This document shows positions 63,310 through 64,000 of a stretch of DNA of 64,000 nucleotides, piece after piece (the stretch's first letter is position 1; every line of letters begins with the position of its first letter). Under the pieces are notes generated by a model. It saw nothing but the letters and a program-made list of their open reading frames with translations. It was not told the DNA's origin and ran no database searches. The translations under genes were made by a program, and so were the position numbers. Where the stretch lies: positions 19,036,001-19,100,000 of the forward strand of contig CM052832.1 of NCBI GenBank assembly GCA_028534125.1. The letters run 5' to 3'. The DNA is from Lama glama. Lineage: Eukaryota.

Positions 63310-63990
63310 GGTGTTCCTAGAGGCGCTCCGCTGGGTCCCTTCCCCCTCTGCGTGTCCTCCCTGGGGAAACAGTGACTTCTGCGGTTTTCCTTGTTATCTA
63401 TATGCTAATAACTCCCAATATTTCCAGTGCAGGCCTTCCCTTCCTATCTGGGATCCAGCTTGCTGTTAGTTACCTCTCCCAGGAAGTCACTTCTAACTCC
63501 ACCTCTCTCACCCCCACCTCTATTCTCCCGTATCTTGGTGGATTGTACATCCATCTCCCAGTAGCTCCCAGGAGCCATTGGTGACCCGGTCCTTGCCTTC
63601 ATCCTCCACATCCAACAGCCTCCTCATCCCGTGGACCCCACGACCTTAGTAGCGGGAATTTGTTCCCTCTTTATCCCCATTCTGCTCACCTGGATTCCAG
63701 CCATCTTCCCAGCAGTCTCACTGCCTCCTTGTGGTCCATCCTCTCCGCTGCAGTCAGAAAGCTCGTAATAAAATACAAATCCTCCTTGAAACCCTTACAT
63801 GGCTTTCCATGATCTTAGAATGATGTCCAAAAACTGTCATGTGGCTTTTAACGCCCCCCTCAATTTGGGCCCTGTACCAAGTTATTCCCCTGACCTAGAA
63901 TTATTTCCTTCCCCGCCCCCCCCAAACACTACACACACACATCCACACACACACAACCCCTACCACAAAGTGCCCAAATTTGACTAACTC
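63310..63990 (+). mobile_element. L2 fragment (degenerate RT region and 3' part)
   Basis: GVPRGAPLGP (cf. GVPQGSVLGP) and LYANN (cf. YADD) remnants; pyrimidine-rich L2 texture. Confidence 0.6.
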
Positions 63991-64000
63991 CTCTAAGATA

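Noticed and set aside
1..64000. CRISPR arrays, operons or prokaryotic defence systems
   Set aside because: Sequence is clearly mammalian (spliceosomal introns, L1/SINE/LTR repeats); no repeat-spacer structure seen

Overview
Mammalian genomic DNA, most likely camelid, judging from camelid-type L1 3' ends and tRNA-Ala-derived SINEs resembling vic-1. Right of a 500-N scaffold gap (32724-33223), the + strand carries 15 consecutive phase-compatible GT-AG coding exons of RIPOR2 (FAM65B; 33815-61634, 2589 nt, 863 codons). These include a 147-nt cassette exon, and there is also an alternative terminal exon (50829-50900) for a short isoform. The N-terminal exons (MLVGSQ...FHISK) were not found on either strand and probably lie in the gap or an unplaced contig; the last exons lie beyond the window. 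The 32.7 kb left of the gap has no recognisable protein-coding exon. It is repeat-rich (L1, MIR, MLT/ERV LTRs) with several candidate promoter or enhancer patches. I found no convincing new biological system. The best leads are alternative 3'-end architecture in RIPOR2, the gap hiding exons, an inverted SINE pair, nested insertions and candidate regulatory elements. Comparisons to human RIPOR2 and repeat-family names are from memory, not from a database search.
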